From Ruminococcus sp. (GTDB lineage Bacteria > Bacillota > Clostridia > Oscillospirales > Ruminococcaceae), in NCBI GenBank assembly GCA_045594905.1, contig JAZNZK010000015.1, positions 144,960-208,959 on the forward strand: DNA of 64,000 nt. Reading direction: 5' to 3'. Every line of letters begins with the position of its first letter. Positions within the stretch are counted from its first letter, which is position 1. A model generated the notes under the pieces. It did no database searches. It was not told where the DNA came from and saw only the letters and a list, made by a program, of their open reading frames with translations. Positions 11,033-20,212 of this stretch are shown piece after piece. Position numbers and translations under genes: made by a program.

Positions 11033-11890
11033 TTGGATATCAGAAATGTTATTATTCTCAGCGATATGGACGGAACTCTCCTGAATTCAAAAAAACAGAT
11101 AAGCGATACTGACAGGGAGGCTATTGAAAGATTTACCGCCATGGGCGGAAAATTCACTGTTGCTACGGGGCGGACGCTCCAGTCATTTGAGCAGTATCGC
11201 AGTATGATTGACCTGCCTATGCCCGTTGTGATGTACAACGGCGGCGGTATATACGACTATGCCAACGAAAAAATGCTGTACAGCCGTTTTCTTCCATGCA
11301 ATGCAAGGGAAATAGCCGCTGAACTGCTCAGGCTTATGCCTGAATTGGGCGGCGAGGTGCTTACATCTGACGGCACATACGTTTTCAGCAACACGGACTA
11401 TATGCAGTATCACACAAGGATATGCGGCATAACTCCAGAATTTGCGGATATTGACGATATCCCCGACAATGGCTGGTTCAAGGTGCTGTTTACAATTGCG
11501 CCCGAGGAGATACCTAATCTTGAGTTGCTTGTGAAACATCTTGGCTATGATATGGAAGCGGATTTTGTTAAATCCTCTGATATCTTCCTTGAAATGCTCC
11601 CAAAGGGAAGCAGTAAGGGTTCGGCGCTCAATGAATACCGCAGAATTGAGGGTATGGAGGATATGACCTTTGTTGCTATCGGCGATTTCAACAATGATAT
11701 TGAAATGCTAAAGGCAGCGGATATAGGTGCCTGCCCTGCAAATGCAGAGGAGGAAGTAAAGCAATCTGCTGATATTATCCTTGAACAAACCAACGACGAG
11801 GGCGCTGTGGCTGAGCTTATTGAGTACATAATAAGCCGCAGCAATATAATCTTAGGCGGAGATAATACAGCAATTTCCGCATATAATTAA
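11033..11890 (+). CDS. Cof-type HAD IIB hydrolase
   Basis: SDMDGTLL, ATGR, SKG, IGDFNND. Confidence 0.92.
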   Translation: MDIRNVIILSDMDGTLLNSKKQISDTDREAIERFTAMGGKFTVATGRTLQSFEQYRSMIDLPMPVVMYNGGGIYDYANEKMLYSRFLPCNAREIAAELLRLMPELGGEVLTSDGTYVFSNTDYMQYHTRICGITPEFADIDDIPDNGWFKVLFTIAPEEIPNLELLVKHLGYDMEADFVKSSDIFLEMLPKGSSKGSALNEYRRIEGMEDMTFVAIGDFNNDIEMLKAADIGACPANAEEEVKQSADIILEQTNDEGAVAELIEYIISRSNIILGGDNTAISAYN

Positions 11891-11903
11891 GGCAAGTATT
11901 GTA

Positions 11904-11932
11904 TTGACATAAAGCTTTTTTAGTGTTAAAAT
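11904..11932 (+). promoter_or_regulatory. sigmaA promoter of transketolase genes
   Basis: TTGACA-17-TAAAAT with extended TG. Confidence 0.75.
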
Positions 11933-11966
11933 TAAAATATAAGAAAATTCTTAACGGAGGTTATTT

Positions 11967-12806
11967 ATGGACGTTACAATCAAAAAGAATTTGCAGAAAA
12001 CAGCCTGCAAGGTAAGAATGGGCGTTATCGAGGGAACTTTCAACGCTAAATCGGGACATCCTGGCGGCTCTCTCTCAATCAGCGATACACTCACATATCT
12101 CTACTTCAACAAGATGAATGTGAATCCCGCTGACGCTGAAAATCCTGACAGAGACAGACTTGTTCTTTCAAAGGGACACACTGCACCTGCACTTTACTCC
12201 GTTCTTGCACAGAAGGGCTATTTTGCTGAGGAGGAGCTGAAATCCCTCCGTCACATCGGTGCACTTTTACAGGGACATCCCTGCATTCATATCCCCGGAG
12301 TTGATATGTCCAGCGGCTCTCTCGGACAGGGTATCTCTGCAGCTGCTGGTATGGCTCTTGCAGGAAAGCTTGATAACAAATCCTATAAGGTATACACAAT
12401 CTTAGGCGACGGCGAAATTGAGGAAGGTCAGGTTTGGGAGGCTGCTATGTTTGCGGCTCACTATAAGCTTGACAATCTCGTTGCAATCGTTGACAACAAC
12501 GGTCTCCAGATTGACGGACCTATCACAGAGGTATGCTCACCTGAGCCTATCACAGATAAATTTGCAGCATTCGGCTGGCACGTTATCACTATGGACGCTC
12601 ACGATTTCGACAGCATTGACGCGGCTTTTGCTGAGGCTGAAACAGTTACAGGCAAGCCTGTTGCAATTATTCAGAAATCTACAAAGGGCAAGGGCGTATC
12701 CTTTATGGAAAATCAGGTAAGCTGGCACGGAACAGCTCCCAATAAGGAGCAGTACGATCAGGCAATGGCAGAGCTCAGCGCGCAGTTAAAGGAATTGGAG
12801 GACTAA
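11967..12806 (+). CDS. Transketolase, N-terminal (TPP-binding) subunit
   Basis: SGHPGGSLS, LSKGH, GSLGQG, GDGE..EGQVWEA. Confidence 0.95.
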   Translation: MDVTIKKNLQKTACKVRMGVIEGTFNAKSGHPGGSLSISDTLTYLYFNKMNVNPADAENPDRDRLVLSKGHTAPALYSVLAQKGYFAEEELKSLRHIGALLQGHPCIHIPGVDMSSGSLGQGISAAAGMALAGKLDNKSYKVYTILGDGEIEEGQVWEAAMFAAHYKLDNLVAIVDNNGLQIDGPITEVCSPEPITDKFAAFGWHVITMDAHDFDSIDAAFAEAETVTGKPVAIIQKSTKGKGVSFMENQVSWHGTAPNKEQYDQAMAELSAQLKELED

Positions 12807-12810
12807 GACT

Positions 12811-13758
12811 ATGGCAGATGTAATCAAAAAGGCTACAAGAGAAAGCTATGGCGAGGCTCTGAGAGACCTTGCAGGAGAATACAAGGATTTAATCGTACTG
12901 GACGCTGACCTTGCGGCAGCTACAAAGACAGGCGTATTCAAGAAAGCTTGTCCCGAGCGTTTCTTTGACTGCGGTATTGCAGAGGCAAATATGATGGGCG
13001 TTGCGGCAGGTCTTGCGGCTTGCGGAAAGATTCCTTTTGCAAGCACATTCGCAATGTTTGCGGCTGGCAGAGCATATGAAATCGTAAGAAACTCTATCGG
13101 ATATCCCCACCTCAACGTAAAAATCGGCGCTACACACGCTGGTATTTCCGTAGGTGAGGACGGTGCAACACACCAGTGCAACGAAGATATCGCTCTTATG
13201 AGAACTATCCCCGGAATGACAATCATCAACCCCAGCGATGACGTTGAGGCTAAGGCTGCTGTAAAGGCTGCTCTCGACTTTGAGGGCCCTGTGTATATGC
13301 GTTTTGGCAGACTTGCAGTTCCCGTAATTAACGATGCTGAGACATATAAGTTTGAGCTTGGCAAGGGCGTTGTATTAAAGGACGGAAGCGATGTAACAAT
13401 CGTTGCAACAGGACTTCTTGTAAACGAGGCTGTTGAAGCTGCAAAGGTTCTTGAAGCTGAGGGAATTTCCGCAAGAGTTGTAAATATCCACACAATCAAG
13501 CCTCTTGATAAGGAGCTTATCTGCAAGTGTGCTAAGGAAACAGGCGTAATTGTTACAGCTGAGGAACACAGCGTAATCGGCGGACTTGGTTCTGCTGTAG
13601 CTGAGGCAGTTACAGAGTGCTGCCCTGTTCCCGTTGTGAAGATTGGTGTAAACGACGAATATGGTCATTCAGGTCCTGCCGTTGACCTGCTTAAAGAATT
13701 CGGACTTTGTGCTGATAACATTGTTGCTAAGGTTAAGGAAGCTGTTAAGCTTAAGTAA
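12811..13758 (+). CDS. Transketolase, C-terminal subunit
   Basis: GIAEANM, GEDGATHQ, TIKPLD, EEHSVIGGLG. Confidence 0.95.
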   Translation: MADVIKKATRESYGEALRDLAGEYKDLIVLDADLAAATKTGVFKKACPERFFDCGIAEANMMGVAAGLAACGKIPFASTFAMFAAGRAYEIVRNSIGYPHLNVKIGATHAGISVGEDGATHQCNEDIALMRTIPGMTIINPSDDVEAKAAVKAALDFEGPVYMRFGRLAVPVINDAETYKFELGKGVVLKDGSDVTIVATGLLVNEAVEAAKVLEAEGISARVVNIHTIKPLDKELICKCAKETGVIVTAEEHSVIGGLGSAVAEAVTECCPVPVVKIGVNDEYGHSGPAVDLLKEFGLCADNIVAKVKEAVKLK

Positions 13759-13769
13759 TATATGATTTC

Positions 13770-13799
13770 AAGCACCGTGGATTGTTCTGCGGTGCTTTT
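13770..13799 (+). terminator. Rho-independent terminator
   Basis: agcaccgtgg-loop-ctgcggtgct followed by T-run. Confidence 0.75.
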
Positions 13800-13864
13800 A
13801 CTATATGGTCAAGTTTTATGCGTTATCAATAATTGGGGTTGTGGAATTTTGTAAGATTTTTCTA

Positions 13865-13893
13865 TTGACGGCTATGAAAGCTTTTGTTATAAT
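13865..13893 (+). promoter_or_regulatory. sigmaA promoter of dockerin gene
   Basis: TTGACG-17-TATAAT with TG. Confidence 0.7.
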
Positions 13894-13996
13894 GTAAGTA
13901 AGGAAAGTTTTGGTATTTCGCTATTTCTATGAGGTGTGAATTATGAATACTTAAAGTTGTATACATGATTGCGAAAATATCAAAGGAGGATTCTCT

Positions 13997-14994
13997 ATGA
14001 AAAAGAAAATAATTTCAACCGTCCTTGCGGCAGTTACAGCTTTTTCAACAGTTTCAGCTTTAAATACCAATGCGATACATTGTTGGGGAACACTTAAAGA
14101 ATCTGAGATAGATGAGCAGCTTGCTGACTGGACAAAAATCGAGAAAACTATGAATTATTTTCAGTATTTGGCTCCCAGCAAACCACCCCTCCCGACTTAA
14201 TATATTTTAGACACACTATCGACCCTCGCTCTGATTCTGATGTATTTATGTTTCTTACCTTAGAAAGGCAAAAAGATTGTATATACATTACTTTTCCTGC
14301 TTTTTTTGATATTGATACATTCGAAGAAAAAATATCTGATATCAGCGAAGAATTGAATATAAGCATACTACCAACTAACGGCTACGAAGTAAGAATTAGC
14401 ATATCCAATCCGGAAATCAATATTGAGATATTAAAAAAAATTCGCCATATTGCAGGTGATACAACTACAAGCTTTGTTTTTTATGATGATAATTATTGGT
14501 ATCAAGAAATCTGTGCCTATAGCATGGCAGGTTTTTCATTTAGCTATGACTCCAAAGTAGATGATGAACGAAATGTCAAGCTTCAAGAATATCTTGATGA
14601 AAATAATATAGAAGCCGAAGTATATGTAGGTATGGAAGATTGGGAAACAGTACTTAAAATTGAGCCCCAAAAAGACCTTACACCTTTGGAACGTATTGAA
14701 TTTGCAAATGAAATATACTTAGCTTCTGGCTATTCTCCCTTCTTCACTGGTAACGAAAGCTCCAGCAGTAAAATAAAAAACTTAAGCTATGACCTTACAG
14801 ACTACCTCAACGGCGACGCAAACTGCGACCGGAAATATTCTATCGCAGATTCCACAGCAATATTGCAGGCGCTTGGCAATCCCGACAAATACGGCTTATC
14901 CAACCTCGGTCTTTTCAACGCTGATTCCACAGGCAACGGCTTGACTGTTGAAGATGCAGTCGCAATAAAAACAGCGCTTGCAAAGGGTTTATAA
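13997..14994 (+). pseudogene. Secreted dockerin-bearing protein, frameshifted near 14134-14147
   Basis: Signal peptide in 13997-14200; C-terminal dockerin (GDANCD..IADSTAILQALGNPDKYG) in another frame that is open from ~14128. Confidence 0.75.
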
Positions 14995-15004
14995 ATTACA
15001 AATT

Positions 15005-15031
15005 GAGAGGCAGGACACCCCTGCCTCTTTT
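15005..15031 (+). terminator. Rho-independent terminator
   Basis: agaggcagg-loop-cctgcctct-ttt. Confidence 0.7.
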
Positions 15032-15043
15032 CAAGGTGAGAAT

Positions 15044-15817
15044 ATGAAAATAACAAAAATAAAAATTGCAGAAAAAAATCCCGTAGAAATAAAAAGCGGG
15101 GAAATGTCAGATTATTGCTTGTATTTATTCAGAAGTCCCGTAAGTATAACTCTCAGCGGCATTGAAAGAATATTCCAGAAAAATACGGTGATTCTCTACG
15201 AAGGAGGCATAAGCCGCTGTTTCAGCAGTACAGGCAATTCAGAGCTGAAATATGATATGGTGAAGTTCAGCCCCTCCTCCGCAGATAAGCAGTATATCGA
15301 AAGTCTGGATATCCCTATGAACAAGCCATTTGCTGTTAAAGATGATTATATTTTGTCTTCCACAATTAGAAATCTTGATTTGCATGGCTGTACCGCCGGA
15401 AAACGTTCAAAGGAGCTTATAGAGCTTTATATGCGGATTATATTCATAGTCCTTGAAGAAGCCGGTACCGGCGACGAAAAGGTTATCAGCGATATTCCGA
15501 GATTTCCTCAGTTAAAGGAGATAAGGCGGGAAATGTATGATAATCCTCAGCAGCGTATGTCAATTGATAAGCTTTGCAGACGGCTTGCGGTAAGCCGCAC
15601 ATACTTCCATAGAATATACCATGCGGCATTTGGAGTAACCTTTCGGCAGGATGAGATAAAAAGCAGGCTTATACACGCATGTCGGCTTCTTACTGAAACG
15701 GAGGTTTCAGTAAGCGTTATAGCCGAAAAATGCGGATACGAATCTGAAACCTTTTTTATGAGGCAGTTTCGTCAGCACATGGGCTGTACCCCCAGCGAAT
15801 ACAGAAGAAAAGGATAA
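15044..15817 (+). CDS. AraC family transcriptional regulator
   Basis: C-terminal SRTYFHR..IAEKCGYESETFFMRQFRQHMGCTPSEYR; ATG 15044 after AAGGTGAG. Confidence 0.9.
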   Translation: MKITKIKIAEKNPVEIKSGEMSDYCLYLFRSPVSITLSGIERIFQKNTVILYEGGISRCFSSTGNSELKYDMVKFSPSSADKQYIESLDIPMNKPFAVKDDYILSSTIRNLDLHGCTAGKRSKELIELYMRIIFIVLEEAGTGDEKVISDIPRFPQLKEIRREMYDNPQQRMSIDKLCRRLAVSRTYFHRIYHAAFGVTFRQDEIKSRLIHACRLLTETEVSVSVIAEKCGYESETFFMRQFRQHMGCTPSEYRRKG

Positions 15818-15823
15818 TGATTT

Positions 15824-16064
15824 TAAGGACGATAATTCATCGTCCTTTCTGCTTGTCAATAAACTAAATAATGGAATTCTAAAGGGTGATTTTTAAAACA
15901 GTCCTTGTGGACTGTTTTAAAAGAGGGGACGCTCTGCAAGTTAAGCAGCACACCAAATCTTTGATTTGGATTATGATGCTATATGCTGTGCTAAGAGCGT
16001 CCCCTTAAAATTTATATTATTGTAACTTTTTCGACAGACTGACGCAGTCCTAAACAGGCTGCGT
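15824..16064. repeat. Composite palindromic non-autonomous (MITE-like) element
   Basis: Several nested hairpins; modules shared with 19033-19092 and 35911-35962. Confidence 0.65.
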
Positions 16065-16081
16065 TTTATTATTGCTCCACC

Positions 16082-16219
16082 AATTATACCTTGTCCAAAA
16101 GACGAAAGCAGAAAAGAAATTTATCAAGAAAGAAAAACGTAGTAATACTGTTGCATTTCAAGTTTTTCTGACGCAGAGAAATTTTCTTTATGTCAAGTAT
16201 TTGATGGCAAGGTTTAGTT
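16082..16219. repeat. Long imperfect inverted repeat (BOX-like interspersed element)
   Basis: Arms aattataccttgtc/ggcaaggtttagtt and agaaaaac/gtttttct. Confidence 0.45.
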
Positions 16220-16233
16220 TGGGGAGATTCACA

Positions 16234-17883
16234 TCAGCTATAATTCTGGGCTATGCGATAATCTACAGCCTCTGTAAACGGGTCGTATATGATATCTTCA
16301 TTTTCACTATCGGCTATAAGATAGGAATTCTTATAGAACAGCGGTATAAATCTATAACTCTGTATGATAAACTGCTCGGCTTCGGAATACTTTTCAACAA
16401 GACCGTCAACAGTTCCGCAGGCTGTAAGTTCCTCTGTCAGACTTCCCTCTGACAAGAAACCTTTGCATACAGGACTGTTTTCAAGCTCTCGTATAACAGA
16501 ACTGCCTGCCGCTATCTGTCCTTTCAGTGCATACAGCGCTATTGTATAATTTCCGCTGTTTATACACTGGCTGAATTCATCAGCGGATACATCTTCGATG
16601 CCAATATGGAAGCCGAAAAGTTCCTGCCATTTCTGCGTTACTATGTGAAGATAGGAAGAATCAATAGTTTCCGCATTTACAAGTATTTTCATTTCTCCGA
16701 GAGATGCGAAGTTCTTGCTGTTTTTTGCCGTATCGTAGCAGGTTTTAGCTGTTTCGCCGTCGTAGATGCAGAAAGGCTTATCCGAGATAAGTTCACGGTA
16801 GCTTCTGCCGTGAACCATAACTGCAGGGGGAATTATTCCGCTTGCTGTTATTACATCATCGCTTATTTTTTCTTCTAAGCTTTCACGGTCAATGGAAAGG
16901 GCAAACGCCTTTCTGAGGTTGATGTCTGAAAAATATTCGTTCTCAGGATTGAACACAATACCCAACGTTGTTGCGGGAATTCCCTGTACAAGATATTTTC
17001 CTGTATTATACGGGCTGCTGTTCAGTGTGGTAAAGCACTCAACATCGCCCTCCTTGAAAACCTGACGTATAGCTTCTTCATCATTTTCGATTGTGAAGCT
17101 GAGGAATGAGGGCATAATATCGTAAACCTCGCTCCAGTTTGCGTCGTTTCGCTTCATATACAGGATATTGTTGCTTCCATAGGGATCATAAAACCACTGC
17201 CGCACGAAAAATGCTCCGTTTGACATTACAGAACGGTCGTCAAGCCCGTATCGTCCCTTAGTGGAGTTGAAAAATTCCTCGTTGCATGGATAAGCTGCCG
17301 CTGTTGCCATTATACGCAGGAATTCCGCATTTGGCGCATTGAGAACGATTTTCAGTGTTTTTTCGTCCTCTGCGTGTATCTCTGCAAAATCGGTGGATTC
17401 AAGACCATTCATTACCTCATATGCGCCTACTATGCAAGAGAATTCCTCGCGGTAGGGTGATTTCATTCTCGGGTCAAGAACACGTTTCAATGCAAATGCA
17501 TAGTCATATGCGGTTACGGGAAAATATTCTTCCTCGGTTATAACATCATCGTCGTTTACATCGTAAAACCAGAAATTGTCATCTCTAAGGGTAAAGGTAT
17601 AAACCATACCATTAGCCGATACTTTATAATTTTCTGCGTTGCAGCAGACTACATTTCCCGATTCGTCCACGCGCATAAGACCGCTGTAAAGGTTCTTTAT
17701 AACGGTATTTGACGCAGAATCATAGGCAAACTGAGGGTCAAGGCTCTGGGGATTTCCGCTGAGTGCAACGTCAAACATATGTCCTGAGCCATCCTCTTTA
17801 TCGTTGCTGCCGCAGGAAGAAAATACTGCGGCACACATAACAAGACTTAAAAGAAATGCTGTTTTTTTCACTTTTGTCTCCAT
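16234..17883 (-). CDS. OppA-like peptide ABC substrate-binding lipoprotein
   Basis: Lipobox FSSC, SLDP, NLYSGL, YTFTLRDD, SNGAF; no permeases adjacent. Confidence 0.9.
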   Translation of the reverse strand: METKVKKTAFLLSLVMCAAVFSSCGSNDKEDGSGHMFDVALSGNPQSLDPQFAYDSASNTVIKNLYSGLMRVDESGNVVCCNAENYKVSANGMVYTFTLRDDNFWFYDVNDDDVITEEEYFPVTAYDYAFALKRVLDPRMKSPYREEFSCIVGAYEVMNGLESTDFAEIHAEDEKTLKIVLNAPNAEFLRIMATAAAYPCNEEFFNSTKGRYGLDDRSVMSNGAFFVRQWFYDPYGSNNILYMKRNDANWSEVYDIMPSFLSFTIENDEEAIRQVFKEGDVECFTTLNSSPYNTGKYLVQGIPATTLGIVFNPENEYFSDINLRKAFALSIDRESLEEKISDDVITASGIIPPAVMVHGRSYRELISDKPFCIYDGETAKTCYDTAKNSKNFASLGEMKILVNAETIDSSYLHIVTQKWQELFGFHIGIEDVSADEFSQCINSGNYTIALYALKGQIAAGSSVIRELENSPVCKGFLSEGSLTEELTACGTVDGLVEKYSEAEQFIIQSYRFIPLFYKNSYLIADSENEDIIYDPFTEAVDYRIAQNYS

Positions 17884-17886
17884 TTA

Positions 17887-18921
17887 TCAGCTGATTGTTA
17901 CAGTTACAATGAATCCGCCTGCATTGCAGCCTGAAATAGTGTATGCCATTCCGTCGGGAACGGGAACGGCGGTATTTCCGCTTTCTGCCGCAGGAACATA
18001 GTACACGTTATAAGTGCTGCCGCCTGCTGTTATTTCAAGGGGGTTATCGTTAGTATGTCTCTTAACTTCCTCGATATACTCCTCAAGGCAGAGCTGATTG
18101 AAATTGATGTATGAAGCGTGAGGGATTCCAACATAACGATATGTATACGTTCTTGGATTTTCCCCTGTCTTTTCTTGTTTGCCCTCGGGATATCTGAGAA
18201 TGAATCCGTAACTGCCTGCATTCTGATTAAACCAGTCATCAGCTGCAAAATAAGAATATCCTGTACTGCTATCGCTGTTCATAAGGAACATATCAAAGGT
18301 ACGTCCCGTGTGGTAATCGGTATGGCCTGCGCTGAATGTCTTGGACTTACCGCTGCTGTGACGGTCTACCTGCTCATCATATGTTCTGAATCCGTCCTGA
18401 ACGAATACATCTGTAGTATCTGCATTCTTTGAAGCGGCATATGCCTCCATGAGTGCGTTAAGCTGAATAATTACTTCCTTATCAAGCTTTGTAACGTAGT
18501 CGCCAGCCTGATAGAAGTCGTTTCTGTTGCCCACAATTGTGATAGGCTCAATATCTCCTTCGGGGAATGTGTACTCATAATCAGCATTTACAAGTACAAG
18601 GTCACCCTTGTGAACATCCTCAGCCGCAACGGGGACTGTTGAGCCTGCAACAGCAGTTGTTGCGGTTTCTGTTGGTTTTTCGGAATTTTGCGGATTTGCT
18701 TCTGTTTCTGCTGCCTCAGTAGTTGTCTGTATATCCTTTGGAGCAGTTGTGATATTTTTTGAAAGCTCCGGAACTGAGCCTATATTTTTCTTGCCTTTTA
18801 TGCCGTTTACACATGATGATATAAGTACTGCAATTGTGATAATAACAAGTGCAAGCACAACAATTCTGTCATATCTCACACGATATTTTTTTCGTCCTCT
18901 TCTGTTTCCGCCATTTGCCAT
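17887..18921 (-). CDS. VanY/M15B-like D,D- or L,D-carboxypeptidase
   Basis: N-terminal TM, LVLVN, GFRTYDEQ, GHTDYHTG..D, YGFILRYPEGK, YRYVG. Confidence 0.85.
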   Translation of the reverse strand: MANGGNRRGRKKYRVRYDRIVVLALVIITIAVLISSCVNGIKGKKNIGSVPELSKNITTAPKDIQTTTEAAETEANPQNSEKPTETATTAVAGSTVPVAAEDVHKGDLVLVNADYEYTFPEGDIEPITIVGNRNDFYQAGDYVTKLDKEVIIQLNALMEAYAASKNADTTDVFVQDGFRTYDEQVDRHSSGKSKTFSAGHTDYHTGRTFDMFLMNSDSSTGYSYFAADDWFNQNAGSYGFILRYPEGKQEKTGENPRTYTYRYVGIPHASYINFNQLCLEEYIEEVKRHTNDNPLEITAGGSTYNVYYVPAAESGNTAVPVPDGMAYTISGCNAGGFIVTVTIS

Positions 18922-19091
18922 AATTTTTCTCCTTGTCTTTTTCTTTTTGTATCTCCTGCGGTATTTTACCGCTTTTTAATTATATCACAATTATTACCAT
19001 ATGTAAAGAGCTTTTTTAAATTTCACAAAAGAATCAAAAAGGACGAGAAATTATCGTCCTTACAGTCTGTCGAAAAAGTTACAATAATATA

Positions 19092-19256
19092 ATCAAGTAG
19101 GGCGGAAATTCTTCGCCCTCTCACACCTACGATTTCGCTATTGCCTTTTCTCTCCCACATCTCACGTTGTGAAACTTGCAAGTCGCTTTTGAGTTCGTCG
19201 GTAACTACACATCGGTGGACTTTCACCACATAGCATTGATATACCCATCATACCAC
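19092..19256 (-). mobile_element. Internally deleted group IIC intron-like remnant (165 nt)
   Basis: 5' GTGGTATG..GGTGAAAGTCC; 3' GGTGTGAGAGGGCG..CGCCCTACTTGAT; directly after a terminator. Confidence 0.7.
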
Positions 19257-19285
19257 AAAAAGCGGATATTTTCATCCGCTTTTTT
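19257..19285 (-). terminator. Rho-independent terminator
   Basis: aaaaagcggat-loop-atccgcttttt. Confidence 0.8.
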
Positions 19286-20076
19286 TATATTTCCATTATC
19301 ATTTTGTCATATAAATGTTTTACCTGTGACCAATCGATATTTGTTTCTTTTTCAGAATAAAGTGTCTCAACTTTCTCAGCAAATATTTCTTTGCGTGATT
19401 CATTTTCTTTGCCAAGCCTGTCAATATCCACAAATACGCCTTTTATACCGTTTTTCTGAACATCGGCTACCTGTTTATCCATATCACATGCAAAAGATTC
19501 AAAAAAATGGGATACCTCCAAAACAAAATCATTATATTTCATTTCATATAATCCTTTTGGATTCTTCCATATACTGCTGCCGTCTTTTAATGAATAGTCA
19601 CTTTCCCAATATATTTTTATATTGTCGCCGCATCTGAAACAGCCAATAAGAGGTCCTCCTATAAGATGTCCTGAATCAAATGTCCGCTCATAAAACCATT
19701 TATCCAGAGGTTCATATAAAACATCGAAGAAATAGTCATATTCTTCATCTGACTTTTCGACGTACTGCAAATTCCATTTACGGATATTTTCCGAAAAAGT
19801 CTCCACGGAATTATACAGGAATTCGGGAAGTGATTCTGAAACATATGGAAGAATATCTGAAAAATCTTCTAAAAATCGTGAAAGCTGATAATCATTATAT
19901 TTTATCGGAATACCAAATTCTTTCATAGCTTCTTCCGAATGTTCGTATATTACAGAATCACCAACATCTATCCATAGCAAACTATCCGTCAAACCGAACC
20001 AATGCAGAACATTTTCAATTTCTCCCCATGGCTCAATTTCTTGCGGTTTCTTTAGCTGATAATTTATTTTGAACAT
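19285..20076 (-). CDS. Conserved hypothetical protein (DUF5984-like)
   Basis: LHWFGLTD, DYQLSRFLEDF, DSGHL.GGP; AT-rich; ATG 20076 after AAAGGA. Confidence 0.6.
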   Translation of the reverse strand: MFKINYQLKKPQEIEPWGEIENVLHWFGLTDSLLWIDVGDSVIYEHSEEAMKEFGIPIKYNDYQLSRFLEDFSDILPYVSESLPEFLYNSVETFSENIRKWNLQYVEKSDEEYDYFFDVLYEPLDKWFYERTFDSGHLIGGPLIGCFRCGDNIKIYWESDYSLKDGSSIWKNPKGLYEMKYNDFVLEVSHFFESFACDMDKQVADVQKNGIKGVFVDIDRLGKENESRKEIFAEKVETLYSEKETNIDWSQVKHLYDKMIMEI

Positions 20077-20140
20077 ATTTTTTCCTTTAATTATTAAATT
20101 GCTTGCGGATAATATCCGCATCCTACATCTTATTTTTAAA

Positions 20141-20170
20141 AAAATGTGCGGCAAATTTACCGCACATTTT
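20141..20170 (-). terminator. Terminator after scfB
   Basis: aaaatgtgcgg-loop-ccgcacatttt. Confidence 0.75.
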
Positions 20171-20212
20171 AGTTTAATTCTGAATTCTTAATTCATAATT
20201 CTTAATTTAAAC

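Noticed and set aside
13931-13954. SD plus 3-codon mini-ORF (MNT) in the dockerin gene leader
   Set aside because: Too short to distinguish from chance; no attenuator structure seen
16072-16452. 126-aa plus-strand ORF
   Set aside because: Runs through a repeat and antisense to oppA; no SD
17887-18921. Vancomycin resistance locus
   Set aside because: No vanHAX or vanRS; M15B proteins are common housekeeping enzymes
16012-19092. Composite transposon carrying oppA-vanY
   Set aside because: The element ends face inward and no transposase is present
19097-19120. GTAGGGCG..CGCCCT read as a REP
   Set aside because: Flanks fit a group II domain VI on the minus strand better; not fully excluded
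19023-19229. 68-aa ORF within the intron-like remnant
   Set aside because: No SD and no RT motifs; better explained as structured non-coding sequence
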